A stretch of 64,000 bases of DNA from Ginglymostoma cirratum (Eukaryota): NCBI GenBank assembly GCA_024137785.1, contig JAHRHZ010000122.1, positions 2,848,467 to 2,912,466 on the forward strand, written 5' to 3'. Under the pieces are notes generated by a model, which saw only the letters and a list, made by a program, of their open reading frames with translations, was not told the DNA's origin and did not search any database. This document shows positions 1 to 11,223 of this stretch, piece by piece. The translations under genes and the position numbers were made by a program. The number at the start of each line of letters is the position of its first letter. Positions within the stretch are counted from its first letter, which is position 1.

Positions 1-228
1 TGTATCTAACCCCGTGCTGTCCCTGTTTTGGCTGTGTTTGATGAGGGACAGTTAACGGGAGCTTTACTGTGTATCTAACCCCACCCTGTAGGTGTTTGAT
101 AGGGGACAGTGTGGAAGGAGCTTTACTCTGTATCTAACCCTGTGCTGTCCCTGTCCTGGGAGCGTTTGATAGCAGACAGTGCAGAGGGAGCTTTACTCTG
201 TATCTAACCCCATGCTGTACCTGCCCTG
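1..228 (+). repeat. ~70-bp minisatellite (ctttactctgtatctaaccccgtgctgtccctgtcctgggagtgtttgatggggacagtgtagagggag)
   Basis: Unit start ctttac recurs at 62, 121 and 191; the same unit is seen elsewhere in the window. Confidence 0.9.
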
Positions 229-240
229 GCCCACCCCTAG

Positions 241-297
241 GTAAAAGCTTTAATATTTAAATTGGTAAAAGTGAAGGGATCGATGGATCAGTTACAG
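241..297 (+). CDS. Candidate penultimate coding exon of an unidentified gene (VKALIFKLVKVKGSMDQLQ)
   Basis: cccctag acceptor and CAG|gtacgg donor; 57 nt; only the phase-0 frame is open, and it joins in frame to 1463. Confidence 0.55.
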
Positions 298-1462
298 GTA
301 CGGGGGAAAATTTAGTCTTTAAAATGATCCTTTTTCTAAAGGGTTCTGTGTTTCTCTTCCAAATGTCTGTCCGCGGTGCCCAGAGACTGAACACTCTTTC
401 CCGGGACAGTAATTGCTGCATTTAGTTTTTTGTCTTTTATTATTCTATGATCAGCAAACTCAGATGTGCAATGATCAAGCATTGGTTTAAACTTAAGAAT
501 CTAAAGTTCGTCTGGTCCTGGTGCCTCGACACCAACGGCCTGGTATTGAATGGTGTGCAGTTAAAATGATTACCTGGTCTTGGTTTATGTTCCCTGCACA
601 GTGGCTGCTGACACCTTACACTCTGTGTGAAATGTCTATCCTATGCTGGGTCAGCTCACCTCAGCCAATGTACTGCCAGGGAGACAGCATGTGCCAGTGT
701 GAGGGAAGGTGGGGGATTGCCTTTGGGAATCTTTGTGAGAGAACATCAGACACCTCACCTTCTCGCATCCATTCCGGACTCTCACCTGACGATCCGAAGA
801 AATAGGAACAGGTGGAGGCCAATCAGTCCATCAAACCTGCTCTGTCATCAGACTGGAGGATGGTCTATCTGATTATGGCCTCAAATCCACTTTCCTGCTT
901 GCCACCCCCACTGTAACATAGCCTCCCTTGATGATCATAATCAGTCAAACTCAGGAAGATATTCAATGCCCTAGCCTCCGCATGGAAATGGATTCCAAAG
1001 ACTGACCACCCTCTCAAGAGAGGAAAGACCTCCTCTTCTCTGTCTTAGATGTGGGACACCTTGCTGTGCCTCCTGGTTCCCTCCCAACGAAAGAAAAGCA
1101 TCCTCTCAGTACCCTGCTACCCCTCAGAAACTTCCAGAAGATGGTCTGTCATTCTTCCAGACAAGGCACTCGCAGCAGGTTTCTCACTGACTGCCCCTCG
1201 GAGCTGAGGGGAGAGAATTAATGCACCAACGTGCAAGTGAGAATAGGCCGAGGACCCATGCCTGTGAGTACTGCATGGGTAAAGGTGGGTGAAGACTGTC
1301 GCTCCGGTTCTGGACAGTGGGGTTCCCAGTTGGCAGGTTCGAGTTGTCACTCCACCCTTCACTCGGCCGGTGACAAAGCCGTCACCGACCATGATGTTGC
1401 GGTTTTGGGGCTGTTTGCCTTGGATACTATGTGTTCTTTCCTCGAATTTGTTTTTTTAACAG

Positions 1463-1519
1463 AATGCTCTAGCAAACTTTTTGTTGCAGTCCACCAGATA
1501 CCACAGGAAGAAAAAGTGA
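1463..1519 (+). CDS. Candidate terminal coding exon of an unidentified gene (NALANFLLQSTRYHRKKK*)
   Basis: Strong ttttttttaacag-type acceptor; stop TGA at 1517-1519; followed by UTR-like sequence and AATAAA at 2100. Confidence 0.6.
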   Translation, partial: NALANFLLQSTRYHRKKK

Positions 1520-1674
1520 GAGGAGAGAGAGAGACCATCTGGACTCGGAAGGCATCCAGCCTCGTGGTCGAGGGTGGGGGGGGTGCTCGGCACGGCGGGA
1601 ACGGAAAGGGAGAAGCTCATTTCCACGCTGTGGCTCATTTTGGCTTTGACCGTAGCTGGGCATGTATGTGCCTC

Positions 1675-1732
1675 TGTGTGTGTGTGTGTGTGTGTGTGTG
1701 TACGTGTACATATGTGTGTTTGCATGTGTGTG
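1675..1732. repeat. (GT)n microsatellite, imperfect at the 3' end
   Basis: Direct reading. Confidence 0.95.
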
Positions 1733-2095
1733 TCAGAGACACAGGACTCAAGAAGAGTAAAACAGAATCCCGCGTTCGTACATGGAACATTCCGGAGAAG
1801 ATGCGCCCGAACTAAAGAAAGAAAAGGCCTCCTTGAGTCCCAGCCTCCCGTCAATGAACCAAAACTTGAACTCTGTACGGAAGGCTTTGAGGAGTAAGGG
1901 TCTGGAAACTCGTAATGTGGGATTTCCAAATGCAGCCCATCTGAGATTTGTTTCCCGTTTACTTGCATGTTTTTTTTTCCCTCAAAAAAAAACTGTGTTT
2001 AAAGGGGATCTTTGTTTCTTTTTCCAAAGAATTTGTCGCGATAACGTATAAAAGAATTTCTTTTTTTTTTACTTGTTAAATATGTATCAGGCCAC

Positions 2096-2105
2096 TGTAA
2101 ATAAA
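2096..2105 (+). terminator. Polyadenylation signal AATAAA preceded by TGTA
   Basis: tgtaaataaa after a U-rich 3'UTR-like tract. Confidence 0.6.
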
Positions 2106-2549
2106 ATGCAAAAATACTCTTATTTAACAGACAATTTGTTTCTCACTGGGGGCTGAGAGATTACAGGGAGAGAGACTGGAAGCTGATTGAAGGGTTCAGA
2201 AGTGTGTTTTTGTACAGTAATGCACACCCTCCAGCAAGTTACAGGCTACATCCGAATGCAGGCGTTTGGACGGTTTATACTTGGAATCTATAATGGGTAC
2301 CACACGGCGGCAGTTTGATTGAGGAGTCTGGGATTGAAGAATGGCTTTCGAGAGACGTCTGATGTTCAAAGAAGAGGTAAGGGGTCCTTTAATTGTCTTC
2401 TTAAGAGCTGTGATGAGAGGGGTAAGCAGCAGTGGGGGAGGGAGGTGGATGTCAAAGTTATTGAGCTCAACTCAAAATCTTAAGGCAGTTATGCAAATCT
2501 CAAAGTGTACTTTTGTGGTTTTGACACTCCCAGGAATTATTACCCGAGA

Positions 2550-2760
2550 GAGGGTGGTGTGATGTTAATGTCACTGGACGAGTAACACAGAATCCCACAT
2601 TAATGCTCTGGGGATACAGGTTCAAATGGCACCACAGCTGATGATGATTTTTGAACTCAACAACAAAAAAAAAATTGGATTTAAAAGCTGGTCTATGCCA
2701 ACCATGTAACTAAGCTGTAAAGATGCATCTAGTTAGCAAGCCACTCAGTTGTACCAAACC
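2550..2760 (+). mobile_element. Degenerate tRNA-derived SINE
   Basis: gtggtg..taatgtcactggac..ggttcaaat head; related copies near 59635 and 51230. Confidence 0.5.
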
Positions 2761-2806
2761 ACTACAAAGTCTAAGGAATGAAATCAGGCAGACTGCCTGG
2801 CATCTT

Positions 2807-3590
2807 AACTCTGTATCTAACCCCATGCTGTCCCTGTCCTGGGAGTGTTTGACTGGGGAGGGACAGTGAGGATGAAGCTCTACTCTGTCTCTAACCGCGT
2901 GCTGTCCCTGTCCTGGGAGTGATGGGGGAAGAGTATAGACGGGGATTTAGTTTCATTTTAAAAGAGCAGAAAGAACCTTACTTTCAGCTTACAAGTGTAG
3001 ATGAGGCTTTACTTTGTATCTAACTCCATACTTCCTCTGTACTCGGAGTGTTTGAGGACACTAATTTTTGTATAAAAGAGTGGAGAGAGCTTTATTTGCA
3101 GTTTAAGGATAGAAACCTTTACTCTGTATCTAACAGCTTGCCATCACTGTCCTGTAAATGTTTGGTGAGGACAGTGCAGAGAAAGCTTTACTTTCAACTT
3201 AAATGAGTAGAGGGAACTTGACTCTGAATCTCATCCGTTACTGTCCCTGTACTGGAATGTTTGATGGGGACAGTAAGGAGGAAGCTTTATTCTGTATCTT
3301 AAAAACCGTGTTGTCTCTGGCCTGGGAGTATTTAATGGAGACAGCATCGAGGAAAGTTCATGATGTACCTCATCCCGTTACTGTCCCTGTCCTGGCAGTG
3401 TTTGAGGGGAACAGCATGGAGGAAGCTTTTCTCTATATCTTAAAACAATACTGTCCCTGTCCTCGGAAAATATTGGGGAGATTTATCTTCTGTTAAAATT
3501 TATTCTGTATCCAAATCTATGATGTCTCTTGTCATGGAATTTTTGATTAGGACAACGTAACGGGAGCTTTCCTTTCAGTTTGAAAGGGTA
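2807..3590 (+). repeat. Diverged array of the ~70-bp minisatellite
   Basis: Repeated actctgtatctaa...ctgtccctgtcctgggagtgtttga...ggacagt units. Confidence 0.85.
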
Positions 3591-3604
3591 AACTTTTCTT
3601 TGTC

Positions 3605-3745
3605 ACAACAGTTCTGAGGAAGGGTCACCGGACCTGAAACGTTAACTTTGTTTTTCCCTTCACAGACGCTGCCAGGCCTGCTGAGCTTTTCCAGCAACTT
3701 TGTTTTTGTTCCTGATTCACAGCATCTGCAGTTCTTTTGGTTTTT
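3605..3745 (+). mobile_element. Penelope-like (PLE) pLTR-derived short repeat with a hammerhead-like core
   Basis: ctgaggaagggtcaccggacctgaaacgttaac...gctgccag.cctgctgagcttttccagcaac; near-identical copies at 24115, 25095 and 53955. Confidence 0.7.
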
Positions 3746-4216
3746 AAACTCTTCTTTGTGTCTCTTATCAGTGCTATATCTACCCAGGGTTGATAAATTT
3801 TATTGGCCGGCATCTTTTAGAATAACATGTAGTGACCAAGAGAGACAGATGAAAAACAGATAGGGAAGCAGCATCTTTGCTTTTTTTCTAGAAATTTCTT
3901 ATGGGATTTATTTCACGATATTTAAACAGCAGCAATGTGAGAACAGTGGTCTGATAACAGGTTCACCAACGAAAGCAGTCATCAATACTCCTGCCTGTCT
4001 AGATTTGCCATTGGTCTGGTGTTTGGATCATTCCGAAGAGGTTTTTAAAAGAAAAAGTTAGTCACCTCAGTACGTCCCAATCAAGTTCATATACTATTTA
4101 ACTCGGATCTGCACAGTCTGTTTAGACAGCTGCAGAGCTGATATTTGCTACGTTGTTTGATCCAAACACTTCTAAATCCATAGACTAAACAAAAATAGTA
4201 CAATGGTTATAAACAC

Positions 4217-4222
4217 TTTAAT
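4217..4222 (-). terminator. Candidate LMAN2L polyA signal (ATTAAA)
   Basis: tttaat on + strand, with GU/U-rich sequence downstream on - strand; ~2.4 kb past the stop. Confidence 0.3.
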
Positions 4223-6652
4223 GCTGACATTTGCATTTTCATTGATTCCAGTGACGAACTAGATATGAATCAACTCAACTTAAGTTGTCAATACATTACA
4301 GAGAAGCTTGCATTTTGCCCAACACCTTGTGAATGCTGCTGCGGCAAGACAATAACCAGTTGGCTCAGTTTCCATTGTCTGCAGACTATTTGTCGTTGTA
4401 AGACTGAAATATAATACTCAGCAAGGGACAGCCACTGTGGATGGGATTAAGGTCAACCCACCCTGCCTCCGTCCCCGCACCCTGTAACAAGTAGGAACTC
4501 CAGCTATGTTGTCACACATCTGTCTATAAGCAACTCACAAATCCCCTGACTCACTTGCTTTTACTTTGAAGCGAACAAATTTATGCCTCTGTGTTCTGCC
4601 CATCAACCCCAAAGGAGGTCACTGGGTTCATTCGACAACAAAAGATGACACAACTGAGCACGCAGGAGCAGATTAAAGTGGAGACTTGCACCTCAAAGTT
4701 AGCTTGTGTTGGAAAAATCTGAGCTTACAGTTCCATTCCTTTGGGATAAATTTGCCGTTCTCAAACAGTTCTGCCTGCTCTCAGAGGATCCAGGCCACAC
4801 AACCAGCACCTCAGAATAAAAGTGCTATCTGGTCATTATTGTTTTGGTGGTGTCGGAAGCTGGTGGAGAGCAAATTGGCTGCTACATCTGCGTTAAAAGG
4901 AACTGCATTTCAGTGCCTGTCAAGTAACTTTGAGGTTGTGAAATGCATTGCATAACATGCAAGATCCCATTTTTAGAATTTGTGAACTGCAACATCATTA
5001 ATTGACAGATTACGGTTGTGAGAGGGAGGGATTACTTAACTATTGTAAAGGCAAATCTCCTTCAAAATACTGAGTGCATTTTGCTGCCTGTGGCAGAGTG
5101 ATGGGACACTCCATTGACAGTGAATGAATTGCACTGCCATCAAGTTCAATATTGCAATACTCTACCTTCACTCATCCTCAAACGCACTCCATTTCACAAC
5201 TGCACCCCTCAGCAATGCTGTCAAGCAGCAAATTGAGGCCCTCGTTCAGGCAGGTTTGTGTGCTCAAACACCTCCTGAAGGGTCATACAATCCAGTTTCA
5301 AATGTGGCCTCCTCACTTTGTTTAGAACATTTGTAAGTACAGGAGTGCACACAAAAAAAAAGGATCAAAGTGCAGGTAAAATAAAGCTCTAATGAGAGAG
5401 AGAGAAACAGAGAAACATCGTCCCTCCTCTTCAGATGGCCAGCAACTAAATTTTTAAGAACTTAGTTTAAATGCACACTGATTCTCTCTCAGCTCCTCAT
5501 CCTCATGGTTTCACATTAAGATTAAGGGCCATTGAACAAGAGGGCATGCGACCACAAGCTAACCCAACTGAAACACAAAATACCCAACATACAAACACAC
5601 AGATTGACAAAACCCGACTGCCCGACTGGTCTCAGCAGCTTAGTTTTTGGTAGTTCAGGAATTTGCAACCAGCCCACTGCCCCGACTAGGCAAGGGCTCA
5701 GCTAAAGATAGTACTTTACAAGGCACACAGCCCCAGCACTGTCCAAACACCCCAACCTCACAAGGGTGAGCTCACCCTTACGGCCTGACGCCAACGAGGT
5801 GTACAAATCCCATCAACACAGCAGTACCATGCTGCACAGTGAGAGTAAGGTTCACAGGGAAAAGAAAAGCAAGCAGCTTTTCTGTGACAGTTGCACTTTC
5901 GATGCAAACTGATTCAAAAAGGAAATGAACTAAGGCATTATTAGCACTCTTATGCAAACAAATCACCGACCGTCCCAAAATCCCCCTCCTATCCTTTTCC
6001 AAAATCAAAAGGCTGTGCATCCTCACAGAAGTGTAAAACACAACTGAAATTTTAAACAACTCACACTCTGTACAAACAGCAACTAAACCCTCAGTGATTT
6101 ATAAAAGTAAAAAAGGGGAACAGTTCGCAAGATGATATTCTTCCTCAATTTATCTTTTGTTTTTGAAGTGACTTGTGACTAACTTGCAAACGTGTGCTTT
6201 AACTCTGCAACAGCCATAGTCTCGTCTGGAGGAACACTGCGAGATTATTTGAAAGTTAGGGAAGTGAGATTGCGAAGACTAGTTACACACACACACACAC
6301 ATATACAGGAAAGACATTTTAGATATATCAGACGTGTCTGGAAAGAAGGATATAAACAGGAACAATAAGACTTTCACCTCTTGGGTTTTCTTCTTGCTGA
6401 AACCTCTTACGATAAAGGTGATTTTTTTTTGCCGATCACTGATCGCAAGTCAGTCCCATGATCTTAGCCAGCAGTAAACTAGTTCCAATACTGTTTCTAA
6501 TCTGTCCTTGGTACAGTTGGAAACCAGATCAAAGAATCACAGTTGGCGATGATCCCAAGACACCCGAGATGAGGAAAATAAACCTGCGCTGTGTTCAATC
6601 TCCCCCCTCTCCCCGAAGCTGGAGCCTGAGACGTCGCTCCCCCAGCTGGGCC

Positions 6653-6795
6653 TCAGTAGAAACGCTTCCGGCTCTGTTCTTGCCACTTCTGGAACACGAT
6701 GATGCCAATCACAGCCAGCACCATCAGGCCAACGAGGGAGAAGAAAACGATGAAGAACAGGGTTAAACCACTCATCGGCTCGTAATCCAGGTCAT
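6653..6795 (-). CDS. LMAN2L: VIP36-like lectin, exon 8 (TM helix and SRKRFY tail)
   Basis: DDLDYEPMSGLTLFFIVFFSLVGLMVLAVIGIIVFQKWQEQSRKRFY*; tandem AAG/CAG acceptor (alternative start 6798). Confidence 0.95.
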
Positions 6796-7622
6796 CTGCT
6801 TACGGGAGAAAGAAGACCCACGATAGAAATAAAATGACTGTGAAACAAGTAAAACCAAAGTGCTGGAGATCTGAAATTAAAAAAAAAAATAGAATGCAGG
6901 GGACATTCAGCAGTTCTGGCAGAGAGGGAAACAGGTAAGTGTTTTGAGTCCAGCATTACTCCTCCAGAACTCAAAAGCAACTTTGAAACAAGAGACTTAC
7001 ATGGAGAGGGGTTGTCAGTAGTTGGTTTGCATACAACTGACAGCTCAATCCCTTATGCAATGTTCACCGTCACTTTCAAACCCCTCAATGGCCTTGACCC
7101 TCCCTCTGCCTCTTTCCCATTCTGGGCATCTTCTCTATCCTCCTCAGCCGCTGCTCCATCACTGGCACCTGAGCTTTCAGCTTCTGGGATTCAAAGCCCT
7201 GGTAACTCAATCCCAAAAATCTCTCACAGCTCTTTAAAACCCTCTGTAAACCAAACATCCCAATACCTGTCCGGTTATGGTGTGTGGCTCAGTACCAATC
7301 TGCTTTACCAAAGGTACTATGGAAACGGAAACGCATGTTGTTGCAGGGACTGGCAAAGTGGAATTAAACTTGCCTTTTTCTGGATGGCTGGGTCGTCAAT
7401 CGTTGGGCTTTGAATTAATCCTCAGCTTTCAACTCATTTTGATGAAATAAGGGGCAGATATTCTCGCAAAAGAATTAATTGGACAGCTTTTCCAAAGGGC
7501 CAACAGGCCTTGTCCTGCACTGCAAGATTCTACAGTTTGCTGTCCCTGTCCCAGACTATTGAACATTCACATTTTTTGGTGTCTGTTCTGTGCTGGCAGG
7601 AAGCCAGAATGATTTGTCCTAC

Positions 7623-7742
7623 CGTCTTGAAACTTGAGGTTATCCACACTTGGAACCAGCACAACGTCATCCAAATCAGTCTCCTCAGCCGTTCTTTGCA
7701 CCGTCAGTTGGTAGACTTTTACTGATATGATGTCATGATTAT
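7623..7742 (-). CDS. LMAN2L: LMAN2L exon 7
   Basis: DNHDIISVKVYQLTVQRTAEETDLDDVVLVPSVDNLKFQD; ag/gt flanks; 120 nt. Confidence 0.95.
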
Positions 7743-7825
7743 CTACAGGGGAAAAACATTTAGTAATAAAAGGTACAGAGCACCAGATCAGCTAGCACTC
7801 ACTCTAAAATTACACTCTTCCCCCT

Positions 7826-7927
7826 CTCGGCCAGCTCGGATCTGGCCCTGAGCTCCCGCTCTGCATCAGCTGCCCGCTCCACATTGTCCTTGTTCCGGAC
7901 GTGCCAGCTCTTCTTTGGCAGAATGCC
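7826..7927 (-). pseudogene. LENG1-like N-terminal gene fragment inside LMAN2L intron 6
   Basis: ILPKKSWHVRNKDNVER matches the conserved LENG1/CIR-N start MNILPKKSWHVRNKDNV; no in-frame ATG at the expected site; similarity lost after ELAER. Confidence 0.75.
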
Positions 7928-8056
7928 CGGCCACCATGGGGACAGGCTGCTTCTGAATTTAAACCTCTCTCCACAAATGTCACCACCTCCTCCCTCTAAG
8001 AGAGGAAGACTGGTTCCCTCCACTGAGGGGACCTGAGTGAGGGAGGACCCACTGAG

Positions 8057-9090
8057 CCTTTAGTAAAGCCCCTGACAAGGTTCATCATGGAAGACTAATG
8101 AGTAAAGTTATTTCACACAGGATTCAGGGAGAGCTTGCCAATTGGATACAAAGTTGGCTTGACGGTAGGAGACAGAGGGTGGTGGTTGAGGGTTGTTCTT
8201 CAGACTGGAGGACAGTGACCAGTGATGGGTCCACTTCTGTCTGTCATTTATATAAACAATTTGGATTAGCATTTGGAGACCTGGTTGGTAAGTTTGCAGA
8301 TGACACCAAAATTGGGTCAATGGGCTGAGGAGTGGCAGATGGAGTTTAATTTGGATAAATGTGAGGCATTGGATTTTGTTAAAACAAACAAGGGCAGGAC
8401 TTATACAATTAACAGTAGGGCTCCAGACAGTGTTGTGGAACAGACAGACCTAGGGGTGCAGGTACATAATTCTTTGAAGCTTGCCTCGCATGTAGACAGA
8501 GTAGTTAAGAAGGCATTTAGCCATCACTGCTCAGACCTTTGAGGATAGGAGGTAGGACGTCACGTTGAGGTTGTTCAGGATGTTGGTGAGGCCTCTTCTA
8601 GAGTATTGTGTCCAGTTCTGGTCATCCTGCTATAGGAAGGATATTATTAAATTGGAGGAGGTTCAGAAAAGACTTACCAGAATGTTGCCAGGAACGGAAA
8701 TAAAACTAGGCTGGAAACACTGGGACTTTTTCTCTGGAACAGAGGAGGTTGAGCGGTGACGTTATAGAGGTTCATAAAATCATAGGGCGAATTGCAAGGG
8801 TCTTTTCCTTAGGGTGGGGAGTTCAAAACCAGGGAACATATTTTTAAGGTGAGAGGAGAGAGTTTTAAAAAGGACATGAGGGGCAATTTATTTTGCACAG
8901 AGTGATTCGCGTGTGGAATGAACTGCCAGAGGAAGTGGTGGATGCGGGTATAGTTACAATGTTTAAAACACAATTGGATAGGTGTATGAATTCAAAAAGG
9001 GTTTAGAGGCCAAACACAGGCATGTGGGACTAGTTTAGTTTGGGAACGTGTTAGTCCTAGTAGAACTGACGGGTTTGTTTCCATGCTGTA
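8057..9090 (+). mobile_element. CR1-type LINE, degenerate 3' RT fragment and tail
   Basis: ORF pieces WIQSWLDGRRQRVVVEG, KFADDTK, WQMEFNLDKCE, LVRPLLEYCVQFWS. Confidence 0.9.
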
Positions 9091-9184
9091 TTACTCACTG
9101 ACTCGGCTCATATAACCAATCAGAAAGCAAGAAAACCAGCAGTTCTTCATCTGTTTCTTATGTGAGCATTGCTGGTTGAGCCAG

Positions 9185-9705
9185 TGTTCACTGCCCATCC
9201 GTAATTGCCTCTTGCCAAGGCAGTGGTGAGCTGCCTTCATGAACCACGACAGTCTATGTGGTGCAGGTGGACCCACATTGCTGTTTAGAAGAGAATTTCA
9301 GGATGTTGACCCAGTGACACTAAAGGAATGCTTGGAGGGATGGTGTTCCCTTGTATCCATCTTGTCCTTATAGCTGGTAGTGTCTGGAAGGTGCTGTCTA
9401 AACAGCCTCGGTGAGTTGCTGCAGCGCATCTTGTAGACGGTACACACTGCTGTTACTGAGCATCGGTGGTGGGGGGGGGGGGGAAAGTGGGATGTTTGTG
9501 GATGTGGAGCCAATCGAGCTTTGTCCCTGGATGGTGTCGAGTTTCTCGAGTGTTGTTGGAGCTGCCCCCATCCGGGGCAAGTGGGGAGTATTCCATCACA
9601 TTCCTGACTCGGGCCTTGAAGGTGGACAGGCTTTGGGGAGTCAGGAGGTGAGTTACTTGTTGCAGGATTCCCAGCCTCTGACCTGCTGTGGTAACTGCAA
9701 TATTT
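9185..9705 (-). mobile_element. Non-LTR retrotransposon 3' fragment (CR1/Zenon-like family)
   Basis: MGAAPTTLEKLDTIQ..HHRCSVTAVCTVYKM; same family at 39870, 45690 and 61755. Confidence 0.75.
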
Positions 9706-9821
9706 CAGAAGGCTATCACGTCCCCTGGCTCTCATCCTTCACTGAGTCTGACCGTCCACACCTCCTCAAAATGAGTCAGCCCTGTCCAGCGTTTGGAGAC
9801 TGTTGGTTCAAGTTCTAGACT

Positions 9822-10165
9822 GACAACACCAGTGCAGTACTGAGGGACTGCAGCACTGTTGGGGGCAGTCTTGGATGTAACCTTGAGCCGAAGCCCCGTT
9901 TATTCTCTCCATCTATGAGCAGGATACCGTGGTGGTATTTTTAAAGCAACCAGGTAAGATCCCAGTGTCCAGGGACCATTACTTGTCCCTCAAACATTAC
10001 AGAACAAACCAGAATGCCTGGTCATTCTCACACTGATGATTGTGGCAGCTTGCTGTGCACAAATTGGCTTCTGAACATCCTACCTCGTGATGTCATTGGC
10101 CCCAAAACATTTTCGAAGACCTTGCAATCGTTGAAGGTGCTATATAAATGCAAGGTGTTTTCTCC
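9822..10165 (+). mobile_element. Deu-domain SINE (SacSINE1/AmnSINE-like) fragment
   Basis: cagtgcagtactgaggga.tgc.gcactgt core and ctggtcatt..gcttgctgtgcacaaattggct tail. Confidence 0.6.
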
Positions 10166-10234
10166 CCTCTGCCAAGTATTTTTCCGGTAACCCAGTGCAA
10201 CACAAGATACAGGAAAGGGTTAAGTGCAACACAC

Positions 10235-10349
10235 CCGTCAAATCGCCAGTCGCTGAAGAGATCCCAAAGTAATAACCCAAAGGCAGTTTGACGCCAGGAA
10301 TGTCAATGCAATCTTTCCACTCGTTCTTGCCTTCAATGTTGATCATGAC
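10235..10349 (-). CDS. LMAN2L: LMAN2L exon 6
   Basis: VMINIEGKNEWKDCIDIPGVKLPLGYYFGISSATGDLT; 115 nt. Confidence 0.95.
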
Positions 10350-11061
10350 CTGCAAGCGATGAAAAAAAATTCATCAACTTACTTCAAAACGTTTCCTGTC
10401 TGCTCCTGACATTGACCAGAAAGCTGATGGCTAAATATCTTGTACTAACAGGGCAGGGTCAGCAGGATACAAACATCTGTTTGAGGCACACAAGCAGTAA
10501 TAAGAAGAGTACGCTACAGCAAACTGAGTCAGTACACATTGGTCCAACGAGCCAGTAAGGGCCTCAGGTTCAAGTCTCAATCCAAAGTCGGTACCTCACA
10601 CAAGTACACAAGCTGGAAGCCACAAGTTATCATATGCAAGGACGCATCCTCTGCATGCAAAAGGAACCTGTCTAGGCACTGCACCTTTCCTCAATTTCAA
10701 ACAAAAAAAAAAGCAAGGGGAAAACGCTTCTGTCATGCATTCTCCAGGGCAAACCCTCAAACAATCAGCAACATTTTCTCATACGGTTTAAATTGTTGCT
10801 CCCTTTGAGATTTGGCATTCTTGCACATGTCCTGATAAGCAAAACCAAAACCTTCAACAACACATCTGTCTGTCTTCACTGGGCGAAGGCAGAATGTCCT
10901 CTGTGGTCTTGCCAACATCCAAGTACCCACATGAAGAGGGGCCACTTGAATGACCACGGTTGGCACCGACAGAAACCACAGCCCGATAAGGGGATTGGTC
11001 AGGGTGGGAAACCTTACATTTTGTCGGGAGCCGAAAGACTTGTTCTCTGGCATCCACTCAC

Positions 11062-11223
11062 CGTGAGCCTCCGTTTCAGGTACCGGATCACCACAAAGGT
11101 GTCATGGTTGAGATTGCGCACGAGGGCGGTGCACCCTCCGATAGTGGTGGGCCGTCCATCTCGCGAGTGATCGTACGACAGGCTCCCGTTGTTCACCATT
11201 GCAGAGATGTAGGGGAAAATTCG
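11062..11223 (-). CDS. LMAN2L: LMAN2L exon 5
   Basis: RIFPYISAMVNNGSLSYDHSRDGRPTTIGGCTALVRNLNHDTFVVIRYLKRRLT; 162 nt; gtgagt donor. Confidence 0.96.

Noticed and set aside
1231-1968. Long ORFs on both strands (194 aa and 170 aa)
   Set aside because: They run through a (GT)n microsatellite and 3'UTR-like sequence; no recognisable domain
1-3590. CRISPR-like regular repeats
   Set aside because: Contiguous tandem units without unique spacers in a vertebrate locus; a minisatellite
7930-7939. Perfect Kozak GCCACCATGG on the + strand
   Set aside because: It opens only MGTGCF*; treated as chance
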